The notes under the pieces are model-generated. The model was not told the DNA's origin. It saw only the letters and a program-made list of their open reading frames with translations, and did not search any database. A program made the position numbers and the translations under genes. This document shows positions 50,770 to 63,809 of a DNA stretch of 64,000 nucleotides, piece after piece; the stretch's first letter is position 1, and every line of letters begins with the position of its first letter. This stretch comes from Camelus ferus (Eukaryota). The stretch spans positions 65,412,001 through 65,476,000 of the forward strand of contig NC_045696.1 of assembly GCF_009834535.1 (NCBI RefSeq), written 5' to 3'.

Positions 50770-51610
50770 TTCTGACACCCTGCAGTCAGACATCCTATAC
50801 AAAGCATTACGAATCCATTAAATGAGTTGATGCACGCAAAGCATTTAAACATATGCCTGGCAGATAGCAAGGGCTATATGAGTTTTTCTTTATTGTTGTT
50901 TTTATTATCTGAGCTCAAAATACTTACAACCATATGACTGTTCACTTGGATGTCTAAGCACCTCTAACTTAATATATAAGCTTTTATAGCTCAAAGGGTT
51001 TATACCTCCAAACTCACTTCTCCCTAAGCGTCCCCCACCATTAGCACTGTTGCTCATGCCAAAAAACTGAGACATCATTTGTTACTCCTTCTCTCAATCT
51101 TTATTCTCAACAAATCCATATAATTGTTGGCATTACTCAAAAAATCAACCAAATCTGATTATTCTTCATTATCACAACTGCTGTTCCCCTAGTCCAAGTT
51201 CTAGCCTACTCTTACCCGTGCAACATTGCTCCTGCTTTCACTTCTATGTGGCTGAATTGTATGCTCCACACAAGAGCTAGAATGCTTTGTTTTTAATATA
51301 AAACAGATCATGTTGCTTCCTTATTTAGACTTCAAATGGCATTTCACCACTCTTAGAATATAATTCAAATTCTTACCATGGTCTGAGGGAATTCATAGTC
51401 AGACAACTGCCCATATCTTTGACTTTCTCTCTATCCACTTTTTCTCTTTCATTCGACTTCAGTAATACTAGACTTACTGATATTACATGCTGGTTTCTCA
51501 TCTTGGAGTGCCCTTTGCCCACACCTTGGTATGGCTTGCTGCCTCACTTCATTCAGGGATCTACCCAAACTCCATCCCAATAGATAGTGTCCCTCAATCA
51601 CCCTATTTAA
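50770..51610 (+). mobile_element. MIR 3' piece followed by an L2 fragment
   Basis: ttaaatgagttgatgcacgcaaagcatttaaacatatgcctggc; then cacttggatgtctaagcacctctaacttaa...ggcttgctgcctcacttcattcagg. Confidence 0.7.
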
Positions 51611-54264
51611 AAAAGCATAGAAGAAACAGAAAATAGTAGATTTGGATTAAAGTACCACAGAATCTGAAGACTTGGTTAGCATTACTGAGAAAAGTCTCTG
51701 AAGACACTTGTATCTCACTTTTCTTATCAGTAAAACTGGTAAAACTAGTGCATGCTTATAAGGCATGGCAGAGTTCTGAGTATGCGTCTGTATGAAAATG
51801 TCTCATTACTCGCACAACCCAGTAAAGATGTAAGACTCTATTTTATAAGTGATTGCAAGTAATTGGGAGTAATAATTAGCTGACAATGGTAATATTAAAT
51901 GGTAAATGGTAAAATTTAGCTGACAATATACACATCTATATTAATATGACACTTTGGGTTTTATAACTTGACTAATGGATATACAGTGATCCTCAAAATG
52001 ATACTATGACAACAAAGAAGATATAGTACTATTAAAGTCACTTATGTATGAGACAACTGAGGCCCCAGACAGTGAAATAACTAGCACTCACAGCCTACAA
52101 ATAATAGATTTCATACTTTTTCCAACATTTTAACAACTAAAATTTTAATACCTTTTGTGTAACACCATATAACAGGTCTAAATGCCAAAGAGAAAGATAT
52201 AAACTTAAATTTTCTATTAAGATCCATGTTAATGAATTATTCAGTCATTTCTAACCTGTTGTGCATATACTAAACCATTCCTGCTTACACAAGGAAAGAG
52301 ACTTTTTTTTCATTGTTGCAGTTATCAAAGCAAAGAAATTGGATATGGTTTAAAGAGAGTTAACAGCACTCTTTTGAGTTCCTGAGTTTGTCACCACAAA
52401 TGAGAGGTTTTCACTAGATCATAAAATTAACTTCCTCCATTGCCACTTGCCCAGCTGCATGGCAAAACAACCGACACATCTTTGTTAATTGGATGAAGCA
52501 AGCATGCTATGTTTTCCTTTCTTCCTCACTAGTGACACAAGCTGTGTGAAGTTCTCCAAAGGGAAATCCCTCCTTGACAAGATTTATTCCTGACAAGCTG
52601 TCCAAGAAGTGTAGGGCCAAGGTTCCAAGGAGTGAATAGAAGTGAATATTGCCAACCACAGCACAATATGCAATCAGGAGACTTCTCCAGGCAGTGGATA
52701 CCTTGAGGTATATCTTTCAGAGATTTTTTTGTACATTAGTATTCTAAACATGAGAAATATTGTTGGGCTACTCAAATCTTAGTCTACAATTGTTCTGGCA
52801 GCATAATGCGCTAAGTACAATGATTCTAGAATATGCTCTTCATGACCATAGACGCAAACTTTAGCACATTATTACCAGAGAAATCAGTACACCCCGCCAA
52901 GTTGCCAGTTTGGAAACGTATGTCTTTGTTTCTTATTTAAATTTGTACTGATTCCTACTATGTGCAAGTTTCTGTACTAGATACCAAGGAAGACACAGAG
53001 ATAGTTGTCGCTTTTCTGACCTACTGTGATTATGGTCTAATAGGAGTGATGAGACATTTATGTAGAATGAAAACAAAAGTAATAATTTCTATAAAATCAG
53101 AAGAAAACATCAAGTTTGGGTAGTTTAGAATGATGATGATTCATCATAGACTCTGAGTTTTAGACCTGGAAGGTAGTTAAAGATGATGTAGTCTAGTCTA
53201 CCATTTTTGATATAAGGAAATCAGAACCCTGCGTGGAAAAGTAATTTTTCCTAGTTCATAAAGCTAATTAGTAACAGGTCTCAAAGGAAAATAAATTCTG
53301 CAAGTTGTCTGTCTTTTGCTGCTTATAGGAATGGATGTTCACACAGTGGTTAAGAATAATAACCTCGGGGCTCAGGAGAACTGAACACCTGGCTGTTTTT
53401 AATATCAGGCAATCATACTAGTTGCCACATTCACCATGTAGACTCTTGTCCAGCCTCTCATGCTGCCTCCAACTCTTAACTGTTCCAGTGGGAGATCTTC
53501 AAGGAAACAGACCAGAGCTTTAAGAAAAGAAACAAAACCCAATTCTAGCCTTCAACAAATCACAAAAACATCTAACTCATAAACTGTATTGTAGCTCAGG
53601 ATTCTGCCTCTCCTTAACTCCATGACCTTTAATACTAATGCTCTGAACCCCCGCCACTGTGACACATAAATCTCAACATCCTGACCGGTCTTCTTTCCAC
53701 TACCCAGGTTCATACAGCCTATGGGACAGTTACATGTGGGTATCTCATTTATCCCTCAACCACAAAATCTTTAAAGCTGGTTGCATTATTTCTCTTGCCT
53801 TGTAATCAGAAATGCAAAATTCTAAAATAACTTGTAAAATGTGTTTCTTTATCAATAATTCAATTTCTAGCCTCCTCAGGAAAGCGTCCTTGGCTCTTCT
53901 TTCTTCAAAGCTCTACCACTTTCTAGATATGATAAGTTTCCTAAAATCCCTGGGGGTTGGCATCTTCAATTGTAAAACGGGGCTTGTAATTTCATGTACC
54001 CTAATACGATTGTTACGGTGTGATCATGGGGGTTATTGGATGACATCTTCTGCTTACTTATTTTTACCTTACTTTCTACATTTTCCATAAATGGCATGCA
54101 TTTAACTTAAAAAACATCAAAACACTCACAAAATTAAAGCAAAAATTACACTGAGTATTTTTCATGTCATTTTGTGATGATTTTTATGCAAAAATAAAAT
54201 ATTCCTATTGTTTTAAATTCAAAGAGTAATCACTGATTTTATAATAAAAAGTCTCTCCATCCAT

Positions 54265-55135
54265 GGCAGAAAAATTGTGTTCAACAAAATTCATTTCATC
54301 TTTTCCTGGGCACACAGCCAAATCATATTTTCAGTCTCACTGGCAGTTAGCTATGGCCTCATGATAATTTCCTAGCCAATAAGTAAAAGTGTAATGTGTC
54401 ACCTCCAGGCTTTTCCATAAAAAATTTCCACATGCCATTCTCTGTGATCTTTGCCCTTCTTCCAGCTGAATTTTAATATCCAAGAAAACTTTGGAAGCCA
54501 CAGGGAAAAGAGACTACAAACTTGATCACCTTGAGTTCCTGAATGACTCTCTGAAGTAAGAGATGGTCACTTCTGTCATTAAAATTAGTACAGAATCTCC
54601 ATGGATTGATAAATGAACAACAAAAAAAATAGACTTCTATTGCATTTGAGCCATTAGACAATTTGGAGTTTATATATTACAAAGGTAAGCCAATTTTAAA
54701 TACATTTAGTTCCCCAAATTAACAGCCTGTAGTAGTTAGACTAGACTAGATTTATTCTGTGGTAAACAAAACCTGAAATCCATAATGGTTTAACACAGTA
54801 AGAGCTTATTTCTGGTTCCTACAAACTTTCTGCCAGTCTTGTTGACCCTCAGGCAGCTGTCTTATATGTAAGTCAGCCACCCAAACTGTATTTATCTTGT
54901 GGCTCCACCTTTTCAACAGAAGATCTTCTGCATGAGTACAGAAAGAGAGAAACAGGAGAGTTTTAAAAAGTCTTTCCATTTTTGTCAGCTCAAAAATCAC
55001 TCCTAGTCACATTTTATTTGCCAGGACTAGTTTCATGATTCTGAGTAAATACAAAAAGTTTGGAAAGTATAATCTTCTGTATGCCCAAGAAGCAAAGGGA
55101 ACTGGATATAACTAAATATCAGTCATGTCTACCAC
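54265..55135. mobile_element. Two old MaLR LTRs (~54265-54700 on +, ~54728-55135 on -)
   Basis: ttttcctgggcacacagccaaatcatattttcagtctcactggcagttag...tgagccattagacaatttggag; and ttattctgtggtaaacaaaacctgaaatcc...tggtttaacaca. Confidence 0.65.
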
Positions 55136-55974
55136 ACAACTGTAATCTATTATGTATCTTACCGGAAAAATTCTATACACGTGCAAACATATTCATAGCA
55201 TATTAGATAAGTGAGAGTCTACGACAGCGTTTGATGTCTTACTTTTTTATAGAATATATTTTGCAGATTGAGAGATAGATCACTCCTTTCTAAGTGCTGC
55301 ATTTTTAAAATATGTCCCTTATCAGTGGATATTTAACTTATTTGCACATATTTTCTATTGCAGACAAAATTGCAGTGAACACTGTTTGAGTATATACAAG
55401 GCTATCTAAGGATAAATCCCTAGACATAAATTTGCTAGGCTATATTTGCATTTTTTATTCTGATATATACTTTCATGATTATATAATTTATAATTTCCTC
55501 TCAATAAGTTTGCATCAATTTACATTCTTATCAACAGTTTATTAGGGCGGTTGTTTCCCTTCAACCTTGCAAACATGATATATTAGCAAAATTGTGTGAG
55601 AAGGATACCATGTAATCCATACACTGGCCCATCATATATTTATAATTTAACTAAATCAATTTTGCTCAACATTTATCTTATTTCAGAATTATTCACAATG
55701 TTGCATATAAACATGTATCCATTATTAGAATTCACTTTCAGAAATGGAATTACCAAATCCAAGAGTGTGAAATTTTTTAAGGTTCTAAAACATCAAGTTG
55801 CTTTACATAAAAAGTTTTACCAATTTACACTACCAATAGAGTTCCATGAAGGCCCATCTTACAGCATCTTCATCATATTAAGTTTTACAGTATTCAGTCT
55901 TTGAAAATTTTTATACATTAGGTCAGTACTAGGATTTGATAACGCCATCTCTAATAAATAATCCATGAGAGATT

Positions 55975-56575
55975 ATGTTGGCAGATACCATCAAAAATAC
56001 TCCAGGGCATCTATATCTATATCTATATCTATATCTATATCTATATATCTATCTTCTTTTAACTCTAACCTCCTTTTAAAATTTAGCATCCTTTCTTTCC
56101 AGAAATCACACTTCCCCAGTTGCATGTAGTTCTTACAAAAATGTCAATCGTATCATCCTGCTGCAGGATTCCCCTACCTCCCATTGTGGCCAAGTGCCCC
56201 AAGCTGTACCAATTCAAGATCTTCTTTAATAATAATAGAACCTAGAATAAAGATTTCCCATTTCTTTTATGGGTTGCTTAACTGAGAGGAAATAATACAG
56301 GAGTTGCCAGGGATTATGTCTGATTTAAAATATGAAGAATGAAGCCTTTTGCAGAATGAAGTTAAGGATAAATAAGGAGAGAGGGAGAGAGAGTGAAAGA
56401 GAGAGATTAGTAGTGCTGAGTGCATAATTCCTGTCCTAGATGCTTTGTTTTTCTATAGCTCTTTCTTTTAACTTCTAAACTACCCTATTCTTCCCAGCCA
56501 GTCAGCTTTTCTGGTATAAGCTAATTTGAGTTAAGTTCCTGCTGTTTGTAGCTGAAATAATCCTAACTAATGCAC
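55975..56575 (+). mobile_element. ERVL-type LTR (LTR33-like) with an internal (ATCTAT)n tract at ~56008-56050
   Basis: ttccccagttgcatgtagttct...gtcaatc; ends taagctaatttgagttaagttcctgctgtttgtagctgaaataatcctaactaatgca. Confidence 0.55.
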
Positions 56576-58329
56576 ACACCAAAGCAATACACTTACATCC
56601 TTCTCTGCTACTTTGTGTTCTAATAACCAGAATGTCATCCAGCATACACAATACAAATCTGACTAAATATCATAAAGAAAGCAGTGTTAAATCTGCAAGT
56701 ACCTTCCAAATAACCAACGAAAGATTTTTGCAGAGCTAGATATGAATTTAATATTATTTATTTAATGGCAATGTATTATTAAAAGTTGACAATCATTTTT
56801 GCATATAAACGATATTTTAATTTGATAAGCCAAAACCTGCTAACCTCTAATACTACTGAGTACCTATTTCAGAAATTTGTCACTTGGTGCCCTTTAAGAT
56901 AAAAATAAGAGTCAGCAGGCTATACTCTGGAGTAAGCTGTAGACTAAGAAGCAGAGGCTTCTATCTGGGCGTCTAACCAACCCCATTTGAATGACTTCCG
57001 GAGTCCCGTCCTTGTTCCCACATTGTAATTAATGTTAATTTGGTAGTAAATTTAATTTCAAAGTAGCGAGGCTATTGCTAATCCAATCCAGTTTATGTTG
57101 TAAGAATAAGAATAATATTGTCTTGATTTATTCCCCAATTCATATAAAAATGAATTAAAGATTTTAGAAATCTGCTTTTACCTACTTCATTTAAGTCATA
57201 GTGCTGTGTTTATGAATAGCCTAGGTCAATTAAAACATTACATATAATTTGGTACTTTAAAATCATTAGTAGAAAAGTTATATGACTGGTGGACCATACC
57301 ACATCTCTGCAGAAAAGCCCCATATTAAAAAATATATAATTATATTTTATAAGAACTCTAGTTTTAAGTATCTTTTATTTACATAATCACACCATTTGCT
57401 AAATTTCAGTTGAATACGTAGATACGGACAATTTTAAGAAAGAAATTAAATTGTTTCCCTTGGGAATACAAGTGCTTTGCCTTGATATGAATTTTCTTAA
57501 GTTAGCATACTAAAATTGTGTTCCTTTTCTTTATTTTTCATCTATCAAGTGCTCAGAGAATGAAATGATGTTATAACAGAAACAACATTTTGAAAACAGA
57601 ATGAGAGAAATGGTTCCAATTATCTACTGGTTTTCAGCCACATTAATACAATTCTATTAGTAAAAAATCTACTGAGTATTTCTGCTGTGCAAGACCATGT
57701 GTGAGATATCATAGACGATAAAAAGATGAAACGGAGGCAACTGTATCCTCAAGTTAATGCACTGTCCAACAAAATGGAGAAATTCTTACAGACAAAAGGA
57801 TTAATTCAGTCATTACATATTTATTGAGTATCTGTTGTCTCCAGTCACCATTCTGAAGTGCTGTGACTACAGTAATGAATGATGTAGGCAAGGTGTTAGC
57901 AGACAGGTAGTGTACATTTTAATGAGGGAGACGTACAGTAAATAGTGCTAGGAAGTAAAGCATGATGACAGAATAGCCAGTGACTGGGAGGTTCCTTTAC
58001 CTTGAATGGTCAGACAAGATTTCTTTGCCATAGCAGAATTTAAGACTTGGTTGACTTTCAAGAAAGAGTCAACAGGAAAGTACTGGAGAAAATATTCCAG
58101 GATGAGTGAACAACTAGCGCAAGACCTTAAGGCCTTTATTATATAATATGTATTATATAGTGTAGAATAAAAGGAAGAGTGCGCTAAGTTGCCCTAGGAC
58201 AGGAGGCTGTGAGAATTCCGAGGTGCAAGAAGAACACACGTGAAAGTGGAAATAGGGTATTCATGAAAAAATTGAAATGAACCTCAAGTTTCAGTAGGTT
58301 TTCATCAAATGGACATATGAGTCAAGGTC

Positions 58330-58615
58330 AAGGAATACAACCAAGTTCTAGAGATCTGCTGTATAACATAATGCCTATAATTAACATCATAGTGCTGTAC
58401 ACTTAAAAATTTGTTAAAAGAATAGATCTCATGGTAAGCTCTCTTACCACAAAAATAAAGAGAGTCAAAAACCAAATCTTTTGGATGTGATAGGTATGCT
58501 ATTACCTTGATTGTGGTGATGCTATCATGGGTACATGCAGGATGTTCAAACTCATCAAAATGTATACATCAAATATGAGCAATTTTTGTTTATTAAGTAT
58601 ACCACAATAAAGCTG
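58330..58615 (+). mobile_element. LINE-1 3' end (L1MA/MB type)
   Basis: aagttctagagatctgctgtataacata...tacacttaaaaatttgttaaaagaatagatctcatg...aataaagctg. Confidence 0.85.
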
Positions 58616-61381
58616 GAAACAAGAAAATCAAAAGCATAAACCAAGAATTTCTAATTAACAGTCGTAATCTTACATCACTTTAGTGAGATTCAATACTCAC
58701 CGATGCAAAATACAAAAGTTACCCGAGGAAGTCTTTGGTGGACTTTTTCCAAAATATCATGGAAGAACACATGGTCACTTATTTCAGAATCTCAGATCAA
58801 GTAGTTTTCTCTAATATCCAGGATATTAATAATTTCAAGAAAGAAATTTAATTTTAATTTTTAAAACTCAGAATTGCATCCTCTTTTCCTCCACCCAGAG
58901 AGATTGATTTTTTCATACTCGTTTCACAGTCTTTCTAAGAAACAAAGATACATTTTCATGACCTGAAACTTTGAAATATTTGAGTGAACCCAGGCAACTA
59001 CAACACAATATGATGTCTATTTGATGTAGTTTGTTAAAATGAATATTTAAAGTATCAAAATATGTAAATTACTTTCATATTTTGTAATTAGAGATGATTC
59101 AAGATCATTTCTTTAGATAATATCAGACTCATTCACTTGCATTCATATATGCTTTCTAAAAGGGTCAAAAAGAGTAAGGTTTGCAAGATTTGGTGCCATA
59201 TAATCTAACCAAAATATCATACTCACCTATAGTTCACTGAATGTTTTTGAAATTTAGCTTAATTTTGCATAAAAACACAATGTAAAAGTGTGCAGATACA
59301 ACCTCTGAATATTGCATGAAAAAAGTCTATATACTGATAGGAGTTGAAGGAGGAGACATAAGACCCTTTGTATATCTCTTTACTTTGATTAGATTAAGGA
59401 TGATTGAGAAAACACTTTTTTAATTTTAACTTCTCTTCATACTTATCTATCAATCTAACCACCAGCAAAATCAAGTACCTACAGTGAAGGTGAACCATGA
59501 GTGGTCTGCTAATCTGGGCTCTGTGTCAACAAGGCCCTCTCCAGCATGGAAGCCTCAGAAGATATTTAACATAATTTCAAGAAAATATAGCATATTAAAT
59601 GCTTCCTCAGTCCCCCTAAACTCTCTTGTTGATCAGATCTAATTACAAATTCCCCCATATGGTTTACAAATATCTGATTATTTTGAATTATCAATTTTAA
59701 TTATTTGTGCTTTAAGAAGTAAGTACTAACCAGGAAGAAGAAACAAAAAGAAAGAAATTGCAAAATAAGTCTATGTTTCATTTCTCAAGGAAGTAACGCT
59801 GGAGGTTACCATTAATGTTCCTTTTAAATATAGCAATCTTTATTGAAAGGGAAAATACCATGTTAAGTAATTAATACATACTGTTCCAAAATAAAACTTT
59901 CAAAAATTGAAATATTTACTACGATTTCCCATTTGTTTGTTTTTAGAGACGGAACAGTTTGCCTGGCTCTCTCTGCACAGAAGGTGATGTCTCACACAAT
60001 GTCCTTGATGAGTTCAATAAATCTGACACTTGTCCTGCTGAGCTGATGTAATCCACATCACACCTCACTTCAATTTGTCTGAATTCTTTTGATCACGATT
60101 GCCACATATCCTGATGCTTTTATTCATAACTAAGAAAAACATTTTGGATGCTGCCTTCACCTTTCTTCCAAAATGTCAAAAGCTGACACATTTTAATTCA
60201 GTAGCCAACCCCTCATAGCTTAACTATTTCACGTACATTCTGATATTTCTTTTATATATTTTTAAGTTGTTAATAGTTTTCTACATTTTCAAAAGGGATG
60301 TTTTTATTCCTGTAATCAAATTGCCTGTCTTTCACTATGCTGGAAGTTGTTATTCATCCTCTGATAAAGCAAGGAGGTTCAAAGCTAAGGAAAGCCAGCC
60401 TAGCACTTTGATTACATCATACTGACATTTGAGATGCATTACCGCAAAATAGGGATATAAAAGATCCAGATATGTCAGATAAAATCATAGGAAAAAGTCA
60501 GTCTACAACTATTCTGTTCAGGCCACAGTGTTTTTTCCCCTAACTTAATCTTTAATCTTTTAGATAGATATAGGACCTTGACATTCAGTAAGTTTCCCAG
60601 CTCTTGCTATTGGGAGAAAGATGTCTTCATAAATCTCTTCCAGAAGAATGCAGCAGTTTAAACCATTAGGGCTAGAAACTGTGTGATGTAACTGTAGGAA
60701 TACTTCTTCAGCTAGTGATTCCTTGCATGACCTTTGGTAAATCACTTCACCTTTCTCATCCTCATCCATTTTTACTTGTGGAGTGAATGAAGACTAAACT
60801 TACCTTGTCTGTTCTTACATGAGATGGACTAGCGGAATAATGTGAGAGGAACAGCAGGCTACAGTGCTGTAAGTGGTTACTAAAAAGGAGAATGCAATAA
60901 AAACCCTAGTGAGAACAAGGAGAACTTAAACAGTCTCCAAAAAAAGGTGATAAAATTTGGCTAATTGTGTTATGTTTCAACTGAGTATAATGTATATGAC
61001 TATCTTATTGAGACAGAACTGAGTCTCCTTTGATATGACTATATCATGGTGGGCATCTTCAATCTTAGCTTATAGAAGTTTTCATCAAGCATATATAATT
61101 ATTGTTTCTACTTCAGAAATCATGTTCCAAGAAAACAAATAAGTTAGATCTAGATACATTCTAAGAAATTTCAAGAAGAGTTAACTAACTTCCTTAATTA
61201 TAATTTACTTCCTTAATTCTAATTTACACATGGTCTTATGCCATGTGTAATGAGCAAATAAAGTTATACATGGTGATTTTCTGTCCTAGCTTTTACAGAA
61301 TTGCTTTTTAAAATTATCAGTATAAGATCCTAGGCCAGGACAATTTCCAAAATGTTTTTATTCACTTCAAAAATAAAATTG

Positions 61382-61453
61382 GGTGGGGGGGTGGGTATAG
61401 CTCAGTGGTCCTGAGTTCAATCCCCAATACCTTCATTAAAAAAATAATAAAAT
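61382..61453 (+). mobile_element. tRNA-derived SINE (camelid Vic-1-like), internally deleted, with 12-bp TSD
   Basis: A box tagctcagtgg and B box gagttcaatcc, A-rich tail. aaaataaaattg is duplicated at 61370-61381 and 61454-61465. Confidence 0.85.
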
Positions 61454-61561
61454 AAAATAAAATTGAATAGAGCACATAATGGACACTTACATACATTTAA
61501 GTATTTAATTAATTAATTTTTTATGGTGTAAAATTTTGTATGGTGTAAAATAAGACTTTAG

Positions 61562-62285
61562 CTCTGCATGTGGATATCTAGTTTTCCCAACACCATTTAT
61601 TGAACAGATTGTCTTTTCTCCATTGTGTATTCTTGGTGCCCTTTTCAAAGATTAGTTGACAGTATATGGGTAGGTTTATTTTAGGGCTCTCTATTCTGTT
61701 CCTTTGGTCTGTATATCTATTGGTATGCTAGTGCCATACTGCTTTGATTACTATAGCTTTGTAATACAATTTGAAATTAGGAAATATGATGCCTCAAGCT
61801 TTGTTCTTCTTTCACAAGATTGCTAAATAAAAGAGGCAGGAACACTTTCAAATTCATTTTATGAGGCCAACATTATGCAGATACCAAAGTCAGATAAGGA
61901 CACTACAAGAAACAACAAAAGAGAAAAAAAAATTACAGTTCAATATCCCTAATGAATATAGATGCAAAAATCCTCAATAAAATACTAGCAAACCAAATTA
62001 AATAGCACATTAAAAGAAAATCATACACCATGATTCAGTGAGATTTATCCCTGGGATGCAAGGATGGCTCAACATATGCAAATCAATAAATGGGAACAAC
62101 GCATTAACATAATGAAAGATAAAAATCATATTATCATCTCAATAGATGCAGAAAAAGCACTGACAAAATCAACCTCATTTCATGATAAAAGCTCTCAACA
62201 AATTAGGTATGGAATATACATAACATAATAAAGGTTATATATTACAAGACACAGATAATATCATACTTGATAGTGAAAATCTGAA
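61562..62285. mobile_element. Two LINE-1 ORF2 fragments joined head-to-head (- 61562-61824; + 61825-62285)
   Basis: Antisense distal ORF2 (tgtggatatctagttttcccaacaccatttattgaa) abuts sense RT-region sequence (cattttatgaggccaacatt; gatgcaaaaatcctcaataaaatactagcaaacc). Confidence 0.88.
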
Positions 62286-62577
62286 AATAGAAATAGGAAT
62301 AGAAAATGATATGAGTATGAAGATGTAAGGAGGGACTGTTGTGTCCTGAAGACAGTGATAAGTAATCTGCAATTAAATTTAAGTTTAATGGGTTGCTGCT
62401 GAAGGCTAGTAAGCATGATACTATTAATGTTTTTTAAAAGATCCCTCTTTTGCTTTTCTGTGGAGGTGCAAAAGTAGAAGCAAGAAGACCATTTAGTAAG
62501 TGATTCTACTTGATTAGATGTGAGAGAACCCTGGCTGTGGGCTAAGGTTAATAAATGTAAGAAATAAATAGAACTTG

Positions 62578-63149
62578 CCAGAAAGAGAAAGAAAAATACC
62601 ATATGATAACACTCATATGTGGAATTTGAAAAAAAAGAAGAAGGAGGAGGAGGAGGAGGAGGGGAAGGGGAAGAGGAAGAGGAAGAAGAAGAAGAAGAAA
62701 AGAAGAAGAGGAAGAGGAAGAGGGAGAAGGGGAAGGGGAAGGAGAAGGAGAAGAAGAAGAAGAAGAAGAAGGAGGAGGAGGAGGAGGAGGAGAAAGAGAA
62801 GGAGAAGAAGAAAGGAAGGAAAGAAAAAAGGACACTATGAACTCATCTACAAAACAGAAAGAGACTCACAGACATTGTAAACAATCTTACGGTTACTGGG
62901 GAAAGGGGGTGGGAAGGGATAAATTTGGGAGTTTGAGATTAACAAATGTTAGCCACAATATATAAAAACAGATTTTTTAAAAAGTTTTTTCTGTATAGCA
63001 CAGGGAACTATATTTAATATCTTGTAATAACCTTTAATGAAAAAGAATATGAAAACAAATATATGTATGTATATGCATGACTGGGACATTATGCTGTACA
63101 CAAGAAATTGACCCATTGTAACTGACAGTACTCCAATTAAAAAAAAAAA
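62578..63149 (+). mobile_element. Young LINE-1 3'UTR with expanded purine tract and poly-A
   Basis: gccagaaagagaaagaaaaataccatatgataacactcatatgtggaat...gacactatgaactcatctacaaaacagaa...; homologous to 20050-20480. Confidence 0.92.
62628..62832 (+). repeat. 205-nt pure polypurine tract of (GAA)n/(GGA)n blocks
   Basis: No pyrimidine on the + strand between these coordinates. Confidence 0.97.
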
Positions 63150-63326
63150 CTGAACCGGAAAAATTCAGGTTGGCAGAGATACCCAGAAAATTTTCTGGAT
63201 TTATACGGAAGATAAGACAAAGGAGAAATCAAGAAGATGCCTACATTTTTGTCTGTAGCTAAAATGTGATGGTGATAGTAATTTCATGTACAAAGGGAGA
63301 CAGCCTGATGCATCTGCATTTGTGTC

Positions 63327-63362
63327 TGTGTGTGTGTGCATGCGCGCGCGCGTGTGTGTGTA
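63327..63362. repeat. Alternating purine-pyrimidine tract (TG)n-CATG-(CG)n-(TG)n
   Basis: tgtgtgtgtgtgcatgcgcgcgcgcgtgtgtgtgta. Confidence 0.95.
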
Positions 63363-63809
63363 GCTAGTAGTCAGCTGAAGAGTCTGGAGCTCAGAAAAGG
63401 AGATGAAAATTTGGAAGATATCAGCACAAAGTCATAGAAGTAAAGGTGCTTATTTAAGATAGAAAAAAATTGATTATAAAGAAAAGGACACAGGTGCTGT
63501 AACATTTAAAATATTCAAAAAATGTAAAAAAATAAAATATTCATAGAAAGGGAAGATCTCATACGGGTTTAAAAAAAATAGAACCTAGTGAGATAGACAA
63601 AAAGTGGAAACATGTAAGACTATGGAAGCTTATAAAAAAAATTTCAAAAATGAGCAAACTGCAGCCTAAAAACACGAACTACACATGGAAAACAGGCTAC
63701 CATGATGGAGATTCAATTAAAAATAAAGAAAATTAGACCTGAAAAGGATCTTGGATAGTGGAATTTTAAGACCAAAAACAAATAACTATAGTTAAGATGG
63801 TTAGTAAGA

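Noticed and set aside
58700..58790. Minus-strand exon candidate ending ATCG|gtgagt (DSEISDHVFFHDILEKVHQRLPRVTFVFCI)
   Set aside because: Good donor, but an in-frame TGA lies immediately upstream and there is no credible acceptor.
59947..60051. Terminal-exon candidate after tttgtttgtttttag (RRNSLPGSLCTEG...ELM*)
   Set aside because: Short and unrecognised. Its length is within chance expectation.
61390..61430. tRNA gene
   Set aside because: It has A/B boxes but no anticodon arm, and carries an A tail and TSD, so it is a SINE.
62548..62880. ORFs encoding Arg/Lys-, Glu- or Ser/Pro-rich 'protamine-like' peptides
   Set aside because: They are translations of the polypurine tract in an L1 3'UTR. 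A purine-only strand and its complement cannot contain stop codons.
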